From NCBI GenBank assembly GCA_016861265.1, contig BOLA01000001.1, positions 139,569 to 203,568 on the forward strand: a stretch of DNA of 64,000 nucleotides, written 5' to 3'. The notes under the pieces are model-generated. The model searched no databases. It had not been told where the DNA came from and saw nothing but the letters and a program-made list of their open reading frames with translations. Origin of the DNA: Patescibacteria group bacterium (GTDB lineage Bacteria; Patescibacteriota; Dojkabacteria; J137). Within the stretch, counting starts at the first letter, position 1. The number at the start of each line of letters is the position of its first letter. Shown here piece by piece: positions 60,008 to 64,000 of this stretch. Made by a program: the position numbers and the translations under genes.

Positions 60008-62698
60008 ATGCTAAAGAAACTATTCACTATTAGTATAATTGTGTTTGGCGTCGTTCTGTTCTCTTTTACTCTACCGAATAAGGTATATGCTGTAACTTGT
60101 ACATGGAATGGTTCAGTGAATGAAGACTGGGATAATGCCGCAAACTGGGATCCTGGTTGTACAGGAACCGAGGGGATTCCTGGAAATGGAGATGACATAG
60201 TGCTTCCCGAAAGTCCTAATACCTACAATCTAAATAACAATATTAACAATTTAGAGTTAAACTCATTAACTATATATGGAGATTCAAATGATTATTATGA
60301 AATTTTTGGAAATGATATTAGTATTACTGAAGGTATAACAACAACCTATCAAGCTGCTACCACCACAATCTATAATAATATTACATTTACAGGCAATCAG
60401 CAGTTTAATATACAAGCAACAAATTTTAATGGAAATATAAATTTAAATGGAAATAACCTTAATATTAATGCCACCAACGATAACTCAGTTTTTAATGGAA
60501 TTATTTCTGGGGAAGGCGATATAACAAGGAGATGCAGTTGTATATTTTAATAATGATAATACATTCACTGATTCGCTTTTAATGACAGATAGTGGTGAGG
60601 TAGGACTTGGACATAATAATGGTTTTGGAACCATAACCAACACAGTTACCTTCGTGGGAAATAATTTATTCCTAATAGATGGCCCAGATTTAAATAATAT
60701 CCAATACAATTTAACAATGAGCGGGGATGTATCCGCATGGGCTATCACCGATGCGGTAATGAATGGAGATATTACATTCGAGACTCTTTCAATACAGAAT
60801 ATTTCAGGAGTTTTAACACTTAACGGTGCACTTAATGGAGATATTTTGACAAAAGATTATAACGGTGGATTAACTTTAGGAGGAAATACCTCAAATTCAT
60901 TCACAAATGAGGTAATTGTCTACGGTGGAACACTAACCCTATCAAAGCAGATGGTGCTACTGCCGTTGATGCGGATATTACTGTGGGAGATATAACGTCA
61001 GCAGTCTTGAATCAGACAGAATCGGATCAAATTAGTGACAGTGTAAATATTACAATTTATCAAGATGGTGAATGGAATCTTGATAACAACAATGAGGACA
61101 TTTATGATCTTACGCTTTATGGGGGTACAGTAACAGCAAATGGTGGAGATTTGTATGCTAGAGGTATTACAATGCAGGGTGGCCTAATTGATAGTGGGGA
61201 CTCCGGCAATATTGACCTAAGTGGGAATATACTCATACAAAATAGTAACGAAACATCTGTAATAAGAGGACACCTAACATTACTCATGGAAAGTACACAA
61301 ATTACAGTAGATGATTCCGATGAAGATGCTGACCTTGAGATAACCGCATCAATTCATGGACAAGATCAGATTGAATTTATTGGAAGGGAAATTATATTAA
61401 GTGGAGATAATAACTATACAGGAAAAACTATACTACACGATGCTGCCGAAGTGTTAGTAATGAATGCTAATGCATTCGGAACGGATGGCAACGGAACAGA
61501 AATAAATGATACCAGTTACATTATTATATATATTGAATTTTTCGATGGATATATTTACGAACCATTTGAACTAAACGGCAATGGAAACGGAACTTTTAGT
61601 GCAATTAATTCTGCGGGAAATCCTATATTAAGGGGGTTAATAACATTAAACACTGATTCTGACTTTAAAAGCCTTTCCTCAGATAACTCACTTAATATAT
61701 GGGGTAAGATTTCCGGTCTACACAATATTTCCTTTAGTTTAGATTCAGGATCAGGACCTTCTAGCATATCGTTACATAACAGCGAGAGTGATTTTATAGG
61801 CATAGTAACAATTAATAGTGGAATATTGCTCGACATACGCTCGCCTAACGCACTTAATAATAATGCGGTGGTAATTAATAATAATGCTGCATTGTCTCTA
61901 GGCATGACCGGTTTAGGAGATGGAATAAATATTAATATAGGTTCAATTTCGGGAGAAGGTGACTTAGAGGTAGTCAGTACTCTAGACGGTAATGGAAGTT
62001 TGACTATAGGTGCAGACAATACCTCCAAAACATTTAATGTAAAGATTTTAGGTGACGGAAGTATTTTTAAAGTTGGTACCGGAACGTGGACTTTAACAGG
62101 GAGTAATACAAATACAAGTACGTTTATAATAAATAATGGGAAAATTATATTTAACGGAACTGATGAATATGGTCCAGTTCAATTATCTGGTGGTACATTG
62201 GGTGGAAATGCAACACTACAAACTGTAACTGGTGATTCGGGAAGAATAGCTCCGGGCAATAGTCCAGGTGTATTACAGATTATGGGCGATCTAGTGTTAA
62301 CAGCTGATATGTCCCTTGACTTCGAATTAGACGGAACACTGGGAGACGAATATGATCATATTGCAGTATCTCAAAATGTTCAGCTCGGTAATTCTACTCT
62401 TAATCTAGACCTTTGATTTGTACCAACTATAGGTACTACATTTACTATAATTTCTACTGAGGTTGGGGGTTCAATAAATGGTATTTTTAACGGGCTTCCG
62501 AATAATTCCACATTGGTGGTAAATGGTTTTATATTTAGAATTAATTATACTGAAAATAGCGTAGTACTTACTGTAGTTGGTCTACCTACATTGGCAAGTA
62601 CAGGAACCAGTATACCTGTAGCACTTATTTTAGTAGTTATTCTAATTACAATCAGTACAATGGTATTGGCTATAAAAAAGAGAATTTCAGCTAAATAG
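60008..62698 (+). pseudogene. Disrupted autotransporter-beta-strand-repeat adhesin with C-terminal LASTG-TM-basic tail
   Basis: Four ORF pieces join into one protein through frameshifts at about 60527 and 60945 and an in-frame TGA at 62414-62416; repeats such as KVGTGTWTLTGSNT and IAPGNSPG. Confidence 0.85.
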
Positions 62699-62702
62699 TC
62701 GC

Positions 62703-63053
62703 CTATTTTCTTAATATCTTTTCCATTTCTTTGCCGTTAGCAAGTTCGTCTATTAATTTATCCAGATAACGAATTTCCCTCATTGTATTATCTTCAATCT
62801 CCTCTAGCCTTACACCACAAATAACACCTTTAATTAGCGATCTGTTTGGATTCATTTTAGGGGCATGAGCATAAAAGTTTTCGAAGTCAGTCTGCTTTTC
62901 TATCTCAGATTCAATTTCGGATTGAGTATATCCTGTTAACCATCTAATAATCTCATCTACCTCCTGTTTTGTTCTTCCCTTTCTCTCTGCCTTAGCAACA
63001 TACAGCGGATAAACACTTGCAAAAGTCATTGTATAGATTCTTGGTTTGTTCAT
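62703..63053 (-). CDS. DUF2200 family protein
   Basis: [42 protein letters not shown]. Confidence 0.9.
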   Translation of the reverse strand: MNKPRIYTMTFASVYPLYVAKAERKGRTKQEVDEIIRWLTGYTQSEIESEIEKQTDFENFYAHAPKMNPNRSLIKGVICGVRLEEIEDNTMREIRYLDKLIDELANGKEMEKILRK

Positions 63054-63097
63054 ATATTAACCTAATAAAATGTTATCGAATAAGGAATATATTTATT

Positions 63098-63316
63098 TCA
63101 GATACCAAAGAAGTCCTTTAGCTCCTGTATTTCTTGATCGGTTATGGGATCAAACATGTACTCCTGATTCTTACCTAAACTATTAAAGGTCAGAATCAAC
63201 CGCTTAAAGTTTTGTACTTTAAATTCAACTAAATCTGTTTTTGAGTAAAATTTAGGATTATCGTCGTTGGGGCCTGTATATATTTCGATTGCGTTTACTA
63301 TTAGTTTGTAATGCAT
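63098..63316 (-). CDS. Small hypothetical protein
   Basis: 72-aa ORF tightly packed between co-oriented genes. Confidence 0.55.
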   Translation of the reverse strand: MHYKLIVNAIEIYTGPNDDNPKFYSKTDLVEFKVQNFKRLILTFNSLGKNQEYMFDPITDQEIQELKDFFGI

Positions 63317-63322
63317 TATTTG

Positions 63323-63697
63323 TTAGTTAATATTCTCTGCTAGCATTATCACCCGAGGAAGGAATATTGCCAATCCAATAATAAAGGATGTTATACCTGT
63401 CATTACAACCGCAGAAGCAGCAATGTCTTTTGCTAATTTAATTTGTGGATTCTCTTTTAGATCAATTGCATCACATGCTGCTTCAATTGCGGTGTTTATT
63501 ATCTCGGTAGTTAGTACCAGTCCACAACAAAACACAATAAACAACCATTCCATCTTTGATATGTTCAAAACATATCCGGCTATTAATACTAAACCCGTAA
63601 ATACTAACTCCATAATAAAGTTATGATTTTCCACTGTTAAAAGTTCTAGAAATCCCTCCTTGGCATGTTTATAGCTTTTGATATGTTTTTTTATCAT
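63323..63697 (-). CDS. dgkA: Diacylglycerol/undecaprenol kinase (DgkA family)
   Basis: EIINTAIE..CD, KLAKDIAASAV; 3 TM. Confidence 0.9.
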   Translation of the reverse strand: MIKKHIKSYKHAKEGFLELLTVENHNFIMELVFTGLVLIAGYVLNISKMEWLFIVFCCGLVLTTEIINTAIEAACDAIDLKENPQIKLAKDIAASAVVMTGITSFIIGLAIFLPRVIMLAENIN

Positions 63698-63801
63698 ATA
63701 ATATTTAAATAAATATAGTTAAAGGATTAGGCAATCAGCCGTAAAAAAACCTTGTAATAATTAAATATTACAAGGTTTAAATTCTTAAATCAATTTGTAA
63801 T

Positions 63802-64000
63802 TCAGGCTACTTTCTCCTGTACAATTTGTTTATAAAGATTCATTAAAGCTTTTTGTGCCTCTGTTAGAGGTTGACCCATTTGTACGAAATACTCTAATTG
63901 CTCACCTACTGCAACAATCTGAGATGCAGCCTCAGCCTTTGTATCTGGGTCTTCAGAATTGAAATTATTAATTAACATTCTTGCCCTTTTTCCCATAGGT
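63802..64000 (-). CDS. Hypothetical protein, probably 5'-truncated by window edge
   Basis: ORF runs to the window end; AT hairpin aaaccttgtaat..attacaaggttt lies downstream. Confidence 0.55.
   Translation of the reverse strand, partial: PMGKRARMLINNFNSEDPDTKAEAASQIVAVGEQLEYFVQMGQPLTEAQKALMNLYKQIVQEKVA

Noticed and set aside
62414-62416. In-frame TGA at a Gly-like position suggesting genetic code 25 (UGA=Gly)
   Set aside because: TGA ends full-length genes elsewhere (gpmI, mraZ, cca), no other gene needs readthrough, and the same gene also has two frameshifts.

Overview
AT-rich bacterial chromosomal segment using the standard genetic code. Its gene content resembles a Patescibacteria/CPR organism: archaeal-type TPI, a stand-alone PrgI-like protein next to a giant membrane-anchored surface protein, cohesin/dockerin surface proteins, a minimal mraZ-rsmH-ftsL-ftsI cluster and tRNAs without encoded CCA. 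That taxonomy is inference only. From left to right it holds: a glycolysis/fermentation cluster (eno, ldh, fbaB, tpiA, gap, pgk, pfkA, gpmI); division, translocation and RNA housekeeping genes (trhO, ftsI, rsmH, mraZ, secG, ftsEX, rsmA, murJ, sppA, pnp, cca, def); an SH3/sortase-like gene beside two cohesin(-dockerin) genes; a 2517-aa surface protein; a wzm/wzt glycan locus; three tRNAs; and a pseudogenised adhesin. The most unusual signal is a set of six scattered, mostly GC-richer small genes. Each has its own sigma70-type promoter, a Shine-Dalgarno sequence and a 3' hairpin, and some share promoter motifs, whereas the housekeeping genes inspected are SD-less or leaderless. No CRISPR array, integrase or transposase was seen.
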